Assembly (NCBI RefSeq): GCF_006345805.1
Contig: NC_043002.1
Span: 78,182,001 to 78,246,000 of the forward strand
From: Octopus sinensis
Taxonomy: Eukaryota
DNA length: 64,000 bases
Direction: 5' to 3'
The position numbers and the translations under genes were made by a program. Positions 1-12,363 of this stretch are shown one piece after another. Each line of letters opens with the position of its first letter. Within the stretch, counting starts at the first letter, position 1. Under the pieces are notes generated by a model. That model was not told the origin of the DNA, did not search any database, and saw only the letters and a program-made list of their open reading frames with translations.

Positions 1-2249
1 ATAATGACAAGGCAACTTTGATTTGACCTTTAATTTAACTAATAGTAAAACTGTTTGTTTAATGTTAACACATTTAATGTTGGAAACATTAAAAAGCTAG
101 CTAGAAATAATTATGTATAGAATAAACAACAATTATGTATAGAATAAACAACAATTTTAGTCAATGGCTCATATTTTAATTTTGGCAAGTATGAGAAGTA
201 ACTCCATACATGTTTCAGTTTTATAATCTCATCGGTGACAGATTTTAACTATATATGTTAAAGAATCACTAAGTAAACATACAAGATTGTCCACTGGTTA
301 GTGTGGAAAAATGGAATTGTTTAGAGAATATACATAGATGATTAAAGAGAAGCTGATAACATTACTTAGTAATAATTTCACAATTGCTAATAATAGATAA
401 ACCAAACAATTTAATTATGGCTTTTATTGTTGTATTACATAAAACAGTATGTGTAATAGAAAATTATGAAAGAGTTAAGAAATTTTAAAATTATAGGGTT
501 TTGTTCTTACTAATTGTGAGAATATGGTGTTTATCTCTTTCAAACAATATAACTGATTATGAAATTCTCACTATTAAGACAGGAACATAATATAAAACCT
601 GATTTGAACAAAAGAAATCTTTAGCTTTATTACAGGTGAGGAAGAAAAGGTATATTATGAAAGGCAATTTCCTTAAATTGTAGTGTGTGTGTGTATGCAC
701 ACACACACACAACTGCTCCATACAGCCTTGCATTCATACATTTATTATGCATGAGATAAATGGGGTTTAGTCCTAAACCACAGTTTTACTCAGTCAGCGT
801 CTGGTTAACTGTACATGTTAGTGTATTGAAAGAAATGACCAAAGGACTGATTGAATGAAATTATAGACTGGGAATGTAATTTCTGTTTGCTTCCCATATA
901 AATAAACGTGTGTGAGTGTGTGTATATAAACTAGCAATTGCACAAGCTACACAATAATGTCAGAATGATGTTGTTTCATCACCTAGAAACTAACAAACTA
1001 TTTTATTAATATTTTAGTCCAGTTATACTTGTATTTATTTTGCGTAGACATCCATCAAAGTAACTCTTGATTGTATGTTGGACCTTGCTAACAGATTTTA
1101 TTATGAAATTTTAACCTCATGACTTGTCATCCTACATCTCTAACTTTTGTTGCTCTTTGTTGAACATTATCACTGTGCATCGAGCAGTAACTTATGCATG
1201 ACATCATACGTAGCACACTGCACAATCAGTAATAATCATTTCATCCTAAGTGTAGGGCAGGAGTGAGGGTAGGCAGGTGGTCAGTGACACACTCGTTTCA
1301 GATTGATCTTGGATCTACTTTAATAGTTTCCCTGAAATGCTGCAACACTACTAATTCTAACCGATAAATCTAGGATAATCAACTTCGCATTTTAAAATAC
1401 AACTAACCTATGAAGTGATGCTACCTCAGCCAATTCTTTCTTTCTTCTTACTTAATTCATAACTTGCCTAGGAGGAGGATAGAAGAGTTCAGTATGTAAC
1501 TCAAGTACATAATATATAGTTATGTCATCAATGAAGTATGATTCTCCTCATTCTTCATTCAAGAACCAACTTTTGATCTATTTGGCAATTATTATTCTGT
1601 ATATTGCAGTATAGATGTTTAGGTTAATGTAACCTCTTTTATACTAATCTAGTTAGCTTCAACAACGTAGTATTAAGTGATATTGCTAAGTGTTTCTAGC
1701 GGTTGTGACAGTTATATTCTGAAAGTGAACATCTGTGTTATTGTTATTGATTAATTTGGACAAGTTACAGATAAGAACTTAGACTGGTTTGGTGACAATA
1801 GAGGAAATACAGCTGCTGTTAGCTGGGAAATGACTTTTTGTTTTAACAACCATAAATCCACATGAAAATAGAAATAAAGGAAATGTTGTCTGCCAGCTTG
1901 GTGTGAAATAGGCCAAGGAAGACTGTCACCCAGAAGATTGATGCTATCACAATAAACTGAGTGGGATGTAATGCTTTGATGACCACTGTCGCTCAAAAAC
2001 CCTACTAATTGACAAGGAGCAAAGTCAAAGATAAATTGCTCATTTATCTATGTAGAAACTATAACTTGTCTTAGAGCAGTGCTACACTTGATATTCCTTC
2101 TAATGTCAAGGTTATCAATCAAGCCCCATTTCAGGGTCAGGTGTCATTCCCATTGCAATCTGTGAAAAAAACAATAAAAATAAAATTTATTTCTTCTGTG
2201 CTTTATAGTTACAGAGAATTGTCTCACAAGATAGTGTCTATATAGTTTT

Positions 2250-3260
2250 CTTGAACAAGTGCAAAGGAAATTGCCTATCTTATGACAAACTCAAAGGAAT
2301 TTGCCTTTTGTCTGTTGCTGCCAAAACACTTGCCTGCATTATTGTCTCTTCAAACCTAGAGACTGCAAATGTGTTTGCTGCAAGACAACTATTATTCAAA
2401 TAACAAGTACTCCTTTAGTGGCTTAAAAGCCTTGCAAATTATTTGGCAGAGACGACTAGAAAATTAAGGTTAAGTTTGGTTACTCATAAAAATGCATTGC
2501 TTTTGTTATAATTAATGTTATAACCGTATGAGTTGCCAGATGTCTTTGCCCGATGTCTTTGCCCTAAATTTAGTCACTCAAGTTTTTTTTAAATTCTCAT
2601 TGCAGTTTAGATGTTTTCTTTGGTATTATAGCAAGTGTACTTGAGAGAAAAAAAAAAAACAAAACTGCAAAAACTTGTGTGGATATATTTCTTACTGCTC
2701 CTGATAAAACCAGCAACAAAATGAGTGTTGTAAAAATTGAAGTCACACTCCAGCCTGTTCATAGAAAACAGTCTCAGAAAATCATAGGACAGAGCTTGAA
2801 AACAGTAGAGACCTCTTTTATTTATCTTGTCTGTATTTTCTCAAGAGCTGTGAATATTTTTGTTGAGGTCAGCATCTAGATCTCCAAAAGTAACTTGTAG
2901 TCTGTGAGAAGATGTGGGATTGCTGAGGAATTGGTTATACATCACTGAAATAAAGAGGATTGTGCTGTTGTTCTTACAACCTTTCAGCTGTCTGCTGAAA
3001 CATGGACTATACAGCAGCAGCAGACATACCAATCAGGACACTCATTTATGATATTTCCTGCCTTTGCAAAAACATGAAAGTTATGTTGCACAACAAGATG
3101 ACAGGAACCTAAGACTAAAGTCATTGTTTCAGAGGTCATCCTACACACTGCTTCATCTTGCTTGAGATTTTATTTGGTTTATCCTTCACATAGTCAAGTG
3201 GTGTCTGCCAAAACAATTGCTGCACAATGATATGTGCACTAGAAAGAGAATAGGAGAACC
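2250..3260 (+). mobile_element. Highly decayed RTE-clade LINE fragment
   Basis: Remnant RT motif KG....DxxxGIxLLSVAAKTLAxI near 2265-2340 and RTE-like C-terminal remnants; many stops and frameshifts. Boundaries approximate. Confidence 0.5.
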
Positions 3261-3556
3261 AATTCAAAGATGCATTGGCATTATTAAATATTGCTTCTAG
3301 GAAAGGGGTGGGGAAGGATTCACAGCATCCTCCCACTGCCAAAAGAAAATGGAATGCATCTAAATTTATCTTAGCTATTTATTTTGATTGCAATATTCAT
3401 TACAAAGGGACATATGATAGCATCACTTAAAGATAATGTACTGATGATTAAACATTAATTACTTCTGTTAATTTAATCACTTGCAATTCAAATATGTGTG
3501 TATATGAATAGAAAATGTTATATATATATATAAAACCACAGTTTATATATATATAT

Positions 3557-3925
3557 AGGTGCAGGAGTGGCTGTGTGGTAAGAAGCCTGCTTCCCCTCAC
3601 ATGGTTCTGGGTTCAGTTCCACTGTGTGGAACCTTGGGCAAGTGTCTTCTACTATAGCTTCAGGCTGACCAAAGCCTTGTGAGTGGATTTGGCAGATGGA
3701 AACTGAAAGAAGCCTGCCGTATGTGTGTCCATCCTCCCACCATTGCTTGACAACCAATGTTGGTGTGTTTACCTCCCAGTAACTTAGCAGTCTGGCAAAA
3801 GAGACCAGTAGAATAAGTACTAGGTTTACAGAGAATAAGTCCTGGGTTTGATTTGTTCGACTAAAGGCAAAGCTTCATCATGGCCGCAGTCAACTGACTG
3901 AAACAAGTAAAGGAATATAAAAAAG
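3557..3925 (+). mobile_element. tRNA-derived octopus SINE (family A)
   Basis: Head GGTGCAGGAGTGGCTGTGTGGTAAG (A box)...GGTTCAGTTCC (B-box-like), body CCTTGGGCAAGTGTCTTCTACTATAGC...GTGGATTTGG, tail GACTGAAACAAGTAAA; many copies in the window. Confidence 0.85.
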
Positions 3926-5210
3926 AGTAAAAGACTTTATATAATAGATCACTTAAGCTGGAAATATGACAAACAGAACTTCTGGAGTTGTTGAAGTTCA
4001 ATTTTAAATCAGAAATGGTCAGTGCAAGAAGTATTTAAGTACTGTACTGGGTGTGTGCCAATCTTGAATAAACTGGCTCTAGTTTTAAGTCTTGCATTTG
4101 CCAATGCCAAAGCAACTTTTTAAAATCTAATTCATATATTCATGGTCTCTGTAATAGAAAAGCTAAGGGAATCACTGTTCTCAATTTGAGATTCATGTAG
4201 GGTATCTGATATTGTGGAGAGAGACGTGAAACATTTCAGAGTTAAGAATGTTGCCTGTTTCCTCATTGGTTAATATTTTTAGAGTGACTATAAATTACAT
4301 TTTGCCACAAGCTGCAATGAATCAAGGGTTTTTCATATGAAAAGAAAGAAATCATTAAGAAACCCAAATAAAACCAAGGGCACTTATTTTATATATATTT
4401 TTACTTATTTTTTAATATTTTTTTAAGGTTTACAATCTTTATGCAATTTTATTTCTGGTGAAATGTACTGTCTTTGTTTAAAAAAAAAAATTTTAATGAG
4501 GAATTTACTAAAATAGCTGGTTATCTGAAACATAAACAAACATGGCATTTTGATAGAAGTTTGTATGATAGAACCAGGTGTGGTCTCAGGCATGTTGGTA
4601 TCAAAAGGGTTAATGGTCTTAATCTAAATGTGCATGTAATGTAAGAAGAGACATTTTTACAGCCATTTTCTAGTTATTGACCTGTAAAAAATAGTCTTTT
4701 GACCCGAGACTGAAAATAAATTCTCATAAAATTGCAGTTATAAATTTCAAGTTAACTTTAACAGTGTGTTGCACATTATGATTTATATAACTTTACTTAA
4801 AATGTGTTAAACTATTGAAATAGTCTCTTAAAGTATTCTAGAATCTTAGCATTAATTTTTCTTAGATATAAAATAATTCAGTTTTTCTGTACCTCATTCA
4901 TCAATCATCAAATACCTAATTTTAAAAAAAATTTGTTTTAATTTGTTTGTTGTTTTTTACTCTCCTCCCCATGCACTTAATCCTCCTTCACCACAAAACT
5001 CACTTGTTTGTTGGTTTATACTCAGTGTTATATCACAGCAGTAAATTTTAATATATTGTGTTGTTGTTTTTGTTCCACACATTTTAAAGAATTTTGATTG
5101 TGAATCATTAATGAATGAAAATCTAAAACTGCTGCTTTAACATCTCTCTACTGAGCAGCTTGAGGTTGGCTTGGCTTGATTTTTGCTTGATTACTGCATT
5201 TCTCTTCCAG

Positions 5211-5324
5211 TTGAGAATGGTTCTTCTCGTCGCATTGGATCAATTGCTGATTATGACCCTATGAATAACCAATATGGCTCCCTTGTAGCAGACCAGGAGC
5301 GGAAAGGTAGAGTGTATGATCCAG
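5211..5324 (+). CDS. LASP1: LASP-family gene, internal linker exon (phase 1-1); alternative in-frame donor after 5306
   Basis: Acceptor tctcttccag at 5201-5210. Translates (x)ENGSSRRIGSIADYDPMNNQYGSLVADQERKGRVYDP; the GSIADYDP motif is typical of invertebrate Lasp linkers. Donors AAG|gtagag (5307) and CAG|gtacca (5325) both give phase 1, matching the exon at 10095. Confidence 0.8.
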
Positions 5325-6324
5325 GTACCAATTGCTGAGCACAGGAACATTTCCAAGTGCTTTTTTCTCAACATCTTTATATAGATAAACATGTATTTTG
5401 AGCTTCAGCAATCTATTCTGCTTTCTTAGTTTAGAGAGTGAATCTTTTCCTTTGTCTTCAAAATACATCAAATCTGAGAATATTTCTGAAGCATTTGGAA
5501 ACAACTTGATTTGAGGATACATCAAATCTTATTCTATGAAGACTCGGTTCTTTAGAGAATCAAACTACTGGCAGCGTACTGCATCATGCATCACTAAACA
5601 ATCTTAGATATGACTACTGTTTCATTTTCATTTGTTTTCTTGGCTTAAAACCACTCTTAATTCTGTTTACACCCTTTTGTTTTTTTTTGCTGGCATTTAT
5701 TGGATTTTAAAAAAATATTTATTAAATTTCTTAAATGTTTTGTTTTTATAAATATAATTTTTTATGCTTCTTGGCTTTCTCCAATTTTCTTTCTGCTCTC
5801 CTGGAAACTATAAACATAGGAAGGCAAAAAAAAACAGTCTTGATTTTGTCTGAGGAATTTAATATCCAACACATTTCGTCTTCTCCAACTGTCAGGAATA
5901 AACTCATTAACAATTTTGAGCACAGACAAGATTTTTAAACTTGTGTGTCCTGAAGCAAATGTCAAATTAACAAATACTTCACAAATCTTTAACAGCTTGC
6001 TTTAATATGCACCACTTCCTTGCTAACAATTTAACCTTGGTACTTTACACATAACTAACAAATTCCTGAATAAATCTTAACAACTCAACCAATTATGTAA
6101 ATGTGTGTGTGTGTGTGTGTGTGTGTACAGACATTTACAAAGTAATTAGACACCATTTTCAAAAGATTTTTTTTTGTTTCCTAGAAACAAAATAATGTTA
6201 TTTGATGCACTTAAAATACTTAATCTGGTACCCATGTGCAGGTTTTATTAATTTAACCCACTTGGGCTTAAAACAGTAAGATGAGGGGTGTTTATTGACT
6301 TTCAAATGTCTGTGTATATCATTG

Positions 6325-6710
6325 TCATCATCATCATTTAACATCTGCTCTGCATGCTGGAGCTGATGAGCCGGAGAGCTGCACCAAGTTCCAGTCTTAT
6401 TTGTTATGGTTTCTTCACCTGGATGCCCTTCCTAACACCAATCACTCCAGGAGTGTAATGGGTGCTTTTACATACCATTTTTTAAATGACACTGGCAACG
6501 GCCACGACTATGATTCATGAGTGGGTGCCATTTACATGGCACCGGCAGCAACCCCAACCATTCATGGGTGCCATTTGCATGGCACTGGTATTGATCATGG
6601 TGATTCACAGGTGCCAATATACATGGCACCATTGATGACCATGTCTGTGATGCACAGGTGTCATTTACATGGCACCAGCAGTGAACGACCATGACTACAA
6701 TGCATAGGTA
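6325..6710 (-). mobile_element. Retroposon 3' segment with (ATG)n tail carrying an internal array of palindromic units
   Basis: catcatcatttaac...GGTTTC...CTGGATGCCCTTCCTAACACCAATCAC...GGGTGCTTTTAC; homologous copy at 54575-54970. Confidence 0.6.
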
Positions 6711-7657
6711 TCGTGTATGCGCCTGTATGTCATTATCATTTTTATGGCCACATTCCATACCAGCATGGGTTGGAGGTGTCCTTATGATCCAAGTCATTTG
6801 TTACTAGAAGCTGCAGCTCTCAGAATTGGTGTGGCTCCATGTTTTATGGCCTGGTTTCTATAACTGGATATTCCCTTTTTATTGCCATCCCTTTTAGAGA
6901 TTGTTCTAGATGTTTTCTTTTCCTTGTGGTTTTAACTTTGGAGAAGTTGAATAAAAGGGCCTCAGCATTCCATGCATTCTCTACTCATTTGCCATCTACT
7001 TTACAGTGTGTGTCGGGTGAATTTTTGTTTTTGTATTGCTCACATTAGAGAGATTGTCTCACTCACCAGTCACCTGTGAAGGAGCATGATTTGTTAGCTT
7101 TGTGGCACCAGTACTGGAGGGATGCTGAGTTCGCAGTGACCTAAGACATGTTGACCAATGTCAGAAGTGGTTGAGAGGAGCAAGCGGCTGATAGTACTTG
7201 GTAACATAGGACATGTTCATCTACTCAGGTGACCAAAGCAGGAACTAAAAGGGAACACACATTTGTGCTTGTGTGTGTTGTATATTTATGTCCAATATCC
7301 ATGCTGGTGTGAGTTGAGTAGTGTGACAGGATGTGAATGGTTAAAGATTCATGCCTTGCTCCATTGCCTCAGTTTCCATCTGGCTTCTGCTATTGGATGC
7401 TCTTATACTGAGTGCATCATAGAGATTATTTTGCCCTCAGCAAGACTAAAAATGTTTCTCATCTCTGCATGGGTTTTGATCGATTCACCAACCACTTTAC
7501 AGAGTATATTGCTTACTCTGGTTATTTCCCACTTCCTGTGGTATGAGCATTAGTAAGGTTGCTTTATAACTCCCAAGATTAAAAGGCCTCTGTGACAAAA
7601 AAGAAGGGAGAATAGAACAGAGAGTGAGATGACTATAGGTGAGGTATTAAGAGAAGT

Positions 7658-8304
7658 GGCATTCCTTTGATGAAAGTAGAAAAAGTGTCAAAATTAACAT
7701 CTGATTAATATCTATTTGTTCAGCAATTTCCGTAAAGAATTTTTATTTATTTGCTTTTGTTTTTGTATCCTGTTGAAGCCAACATTTGCTTCTCAAGTCT
7801 GAAAGTAAGCTGAAAAGTGAAACACATGCTTGCACTTGAGTGCACACACACATACACCCATTGACTTTCATGTCCATAAGTTGAATAGTGAAACTCACAC
7901 ACACGAAGCTTGCTCTCACGCACTCACACAAATCTTCACACAGATACAAACAAAAAAATGTGTATATGAAAGATAATGGATGTACATGTGTGTGTATTTT
8001 TGTGCAAGTGTTCAACTTTGTGTGTATGTGAGAGAGAGAATGTGTGTGCAAGTGTGTTTTGCTATTTAACTTATTGACATGGAAGTCAATGAGCATATGT
8101 GTATATTTGTATGTGTGCGTGAGCACATGTGAGTGTGTATTTCACTTTTCAGCTATTTTTCAGACTTGTAGGGCAAATGTTGGCTTTAACAGGACATAAA
8201 TACAAAAGTAAATAGATAAAAATTATTTACAGAAATTGCTGAACAACTAGGTATTAATCAGCTGTTAATTTTCACATTCTTGCTACTGTCAACGAAAGCA
8301 TGCC
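7658..8304. mobile_element. Foldback/MITE-type non-autonomous DNA transposon, 647 bp, 8-bp TSD
   Basis: Arms of ~280 bp are imperfect reverse complements (GGCATTCCTTTG...AAAGCATGCC). AGAGAAGT is duplicated at 7650-7657 and 8305-8312. Confidence 0.85.
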
Positions 8305-8319
8305 AGAGAAGTTATGAAA

Positions 8320-8605
8320 GTGTGTGGCCTAGTGTTTAGGATGTTGCACCTACGACCTAGTTATTGAGGGTTTGATTCTCAATCTGGCCAGCATGTAGTG
8401 TTCTTGAGCAAAATGCTTAATTTCACATTCCTTCAGTCCACACAGTTGTAAATGTATAACCCTGTGATGGACTAACCTGTTCAGGGTGAATGTTGGGCTG
8501 TTCACCTAGCTAATGGGTCAGTATCATTCGAAAGCTAAAACGATGCAAAGTGTATTGTGACCAGTGATGTATAACAACATCTGATAGTCTGTTCAGTGAC
8601 ATGAT
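8320..8605 (+). mobile_element. Diverged tRNA-derived SINE (family C, like 59980-60310)
   Basis: GTGTGGCCTAGTG head and GTGTTCTTGAGCAAAATGCTTAATTTCACATT...CAGTCCAC core. Confidence 0.6.
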
Positions 8606-9058
8606 AAAAAGAGGTTGCGCTATAAAAGGGATTAACAGATTTAGTATTGCGAAAGTGTGTTAATGGAGAGTTGCAGAAGAAATTGTGTTGGGAGGACTAA
8701 TGGAAAGGGCAAAGGAAAGAGTAGTGTAAAGGACTTGGGAGAAGGACAGAGTGGTAAGGATGATGAGATGTGTTGAATAGGTGGGTATTGAGTGGTCTGT
8801 CACCTTATAAGAGTGAACATTGCAGTTAGGATGGGTGGAGAGACGTGTGAGATAGAGTTGAGTGTGATAGGAAGCCAGAGGACCTGTGGGAAAGGGTCAG
8901 TGAAAGAGATGCATTGGTTGACCTGAGGCTATAATAGAAGACATGAGGTGACATGCTATAGGATTGAACCTGAAGCCACCTGGTTGCTTCTTAACTTCTT
9001 AAAGTGAGCTTCTTAACTACACCATTATAGCTGTGCCCTATTTTCTTAATTGCTCAAA

Positions 9059-9096
<38 letters not shown>

Positions 9097-10094
9097 ACTT
9101 TGTGTGAAACTATTTTTTTTCTTTCTGGCAATTTCTAAAGCTTTCTTTCACTGCTCATAAATATTTTTTTAGCAAACATTTTCTTTTCTTTTTTTTAATT
9201 TCAATATTTAAGAATGTTTCTTCTTTTTAGTTGTGTATCCCCGATGTAGCAACAGACATTGAATGAATTACATTGACATTATTTTAAGATAAATATTTGA
9301 AAATACAATCTGATCAACATTGAAACAAAGGAGATGGTACCGAAACCTGTTTCCATTGCCACCAGTTTGTTATGGAAGACCATTTACGAAAAAAAAAGAA
9401 GAGTTATCTCCCTTACAATTATTGACTTATTCCATTTCATGAATAATTATTTTCAAACTACGTTCAAAACTAAGGGTATAATTTAAATAAAATATTCTAA
9501 CATATTTCCGATAGGAAACACTCTGGAAAATGAACACCACTTCATAATCTAGTTCTTTTGATAATTATTATTTTTTTTTCTTTTTAATTTTACCAACTAA
9601 CTATTACTAGTCAGCATGTACTGCTCTCTCTGCAGTAGAATTTTCTTTGTGTTTGTCTTGTACATTTTTGTCAATAGATGAATGTTGTTGTTGATGTCAT
9701 CGTTGTTATTGTTGCCATTATTTTATCTTCTCTCCTTCCACCGTGTTACATTTGACGTTTATTTATGTTGTTATCAAGAAAGAAAAACAAAATGTATTCC
9801 TTTTTCCAGAACACACAAAGGGAAACAACACAACTGTAGCTTTCTCAATTTCAGGAAAAACAAAAAAACAAAACAAAAACTGCATCACTTTATTGTTTTA
9901 TGTAGTCTTTTTTCTTTTCTTTTTTTTTTTTTCACCTTTACTGTTTTATTAGTTCTCCTTTTCTGTTTTCTACACTCTGATAACTATGTAGCTATCACTG
10001 AAATATTCCAGAATTGAAGTTTTACTCTTATTAAAAATTTTTGTTTAATGTATGCTCAATTTAATTATTTTCCTCTTCATTTCCCAATTTTTAG

Positions 10095-10132
10095 CTCCTG
10101 CACACCATCAGAATCCGTATGCTGGAAAAGGG
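10095..10132 (+). CDS. LASP1: LASP-family gene, short penultimate exon (APAHHQNPYAGKG)
   Basis: Long polypyrimidine tract ending ttttag at 10094, consensus donor GG|gtaagt at 10133. Phase 1 in and phase 0 out, joining exactly to the SH3 exon. Confidence 0.8.
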
Positions 10133-10471
10133 GTAAGTGTTAAATTTGTAATATCTTGTAATGCTATCTTAATGAAGCGATACTGACTCTTGTTCATGTC
10201 AACACGTTTGCATTTTGTTTTCTCATGTTTATATATAAAAAGGTCTCAAAGCACCTTCTCTCTTCTTGTGGATGTTTTTTGTCAAACATCCATGACGAGA
10301 GAAGGTGCTTTGCTCTATGGTAACATATATTGGCTTTTTCTTTTTTGTTAGGGTGGAGAGCATAGTTTTTACTTCTAGTTTTCTAACCCCCAACCACTTT
10401 TCAGTGTAGGCTGGGTGCATTTAATCATCCCACTGACAGTAGAGAAGTTGTTTCTGAAAAGGACTACTGAG

Positions 10472-10735
10472 CAGTGGTTTCTCAACCAGGGTCCACATAA
10501 GATTTTAATAATAATAATAATGAAGTTATTGTATACAGTGCTCAGGTGCACCACAACTTGTCAAAAGTGCGTGTAAAGCATGTTAAAATTTATGTGCAAT
10601 AAAGTTAGTTACACTTCTACAACACAAAATATTTTAATAATTATTTTTATATAATTCTTAATAATATCTAATTATAAAAATATAAGAATTTTTTAAACAT
10701 GGAATGGTTATGAATGTCCACCTGAATAAATTTGG
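10472..10735. mobile_element. hAT-like MITE interrupted by an inverted CR1-LINE 3' tail (10505-10583)
   Basis: Start CAGTGGTTTCTCAACCAGGG matches the terminus at 59131. The inner segment is the reverse complement of the LINE tail at 57370-57445. Confidence 0.55.
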
Positions 10736-11035
10736 ATTTACTGCTCTCTTCATTGAGTTGTCTTTCCAATGCAGTGTATGGAGTCCACATCCTTCATTCT
10801 TTTTACTGCTGTTAAAAGTTGGACCAGATGTCTTGTGGTATATGTGGTATCCTGCCTGGGCATAACTTGGATAATAGACTTAATCCATTGCCCAGTTGTT
10901 TAATATCACCACTTGGTACTTTGGATGCTTTTGGTGGAGTTGACTCTGTTGCAAGCATTCAGAATAGGATGTCTTTCCCACCAGTCTTGCAAACTTAGTA
11001 TAGAGTTATGTGTACTACATTCCATCCTGACAAAG

Positions 11036-11092
<57 letters not shown>

Positions 11093-11095
<3 letters not shown>

Positions 11096-11278
11096 AGAGT
11101 TTACGAAAAAGACGAAGACAGGTGGTGTACAAAACAAACATGTATTAGTATAACGCTCAGGAATAGAATAAGTCTTTTACGTTTCGAACCTACGCTCTTC
11201 TATGGAAAGGGACACAGAAAAAACAAGGAGAGAAAAAAATGTGTGTAGTGGCTAACGATCTATCATGGTGACATATAT

Positions 11279-11327
<49 letters not shown>

Positions 11328-11505
11328 AGAGTTTACGAAAAAGACGAAGACAGGTGGTGTACAAAACAAACATGTATTAGTATAACGCTCAGGAATAGAA
11401 TAAGTCTTTTACGTTTCGAACCTACGCTCTTCTATGGAAAGGGACACAGAAAAAAACAAGGAGAGAAAAAAATGTGTGTAGTGGCTAACGATCTATCATG
11501 GTGAC
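11093..11505. repeat. Two tandem ~180-bp copies of a Penelope-like terminal fragment embedded in (TA)n
   Basis: 11093-11272 and 11325-11505 are identical except for one A, and are flanked and separated by (TA)n. Confidence 0.85.
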
Positions 11506-11964
11506 ATATATATATATATATATATAAATAAAAACAAAAAAAGAGAGAAATGGAAGTAGGTAGTGAGTAATATTCACTGCTGTCAGCCTGGTCAGTAATT
11601 TCCCTCTAGATTTTTCCTCTCTCCAATGAAAAACAAAACTTTTAAGTGTTAAACTCAATTTTATAAATAATTATAAAGGAACTTTTAGTAAACAATATCT
11701 GCACTTTTCTCAATCTATCTTAGCACCATCAAAAATTTTCCATCTAGTCATCTCTGTTTGTTTACTTCCATCTATTTGTTGTAAATATGTTACCTTTTTC
11801 AGAGCAACTTAAAAATATTTTGATGTACTTTGAACATGTAGTAAAAAATTGTATTTTAGCAAAAAAAATGTGTGTGTGCAGATATGACTGTGAGGTGCAG
11901 ATACGACTTTCATTAAGAAATTCACTTCAATATCATGTAAGTTTACAGATCATTAGAATAGATT

Positions 11965-12156
11965 AGCTCTTTAGTATTTTGACTGGCTGTATCAGGCTAT
12001 GGGCCGGCCTATCACACTTACACTACAATGCTTTTCTTAAAATAAGCAATCACATTATGAATATCTTGAAGCTACAAGATAGTGTATTGTTAATTCAAAA
12101 CAATGTGAATAAATAAACATTACATTTGACAAAATAATCTGAATGGTAAAGGGTTA
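11965..12156. mobile_element. piggyBac-type MITE (family of 51914-52142 and 59345-59577)
   Basis: Ends ...GAATGGTAAAGGG|TTAA; interior homologous to the other copies. Confidence 0.6.
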
Positions 12157-12363
12157 ATAGTTTTAAAGCTTTAGAATTTCAAAGGTAGACAAGATCTGTA
12201 ACATAAAGAAGAGTGTTTGTATGTGGCTGGTTTAAAGTAAGAGACAACCATTATAAAAATGGCCAGTATTGATATCAAGCTGAAGTAAAATGTTTTGTAT
12301 TTTTTCTTTGATACCCTATGTTTGTAATGTATTTATTTTTCCATTTGTTTGTTTGTCTTGCAG

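Noticed and set aside
108-155. Short tandem duplications (also 36472-36519 and 60640-60703)
   Set aside because: Ordinary 20-35-bp slippage duplications with no further structure.
636-649. Possible 14-nt microexon (tacag|GTGAGGAAGAAAAG|gtatat)
   Set aside because: Length is not a multiple of 3 and cannot be checked against upstream exons outside the window; the donor is weak.
6524-6676. CRISPR array
   Set aside because: Eukaryotic intron, no cas genes, spacers related to each other, and the array lies inside a retroposon.
9231-10017. Alternative SH3-less terminal exons after acceptors at 9230 or 9991
   Set aside because: Acceptor-like sequences are common in this U-rich intron; the resulting peptides are short and unsupported by homology.
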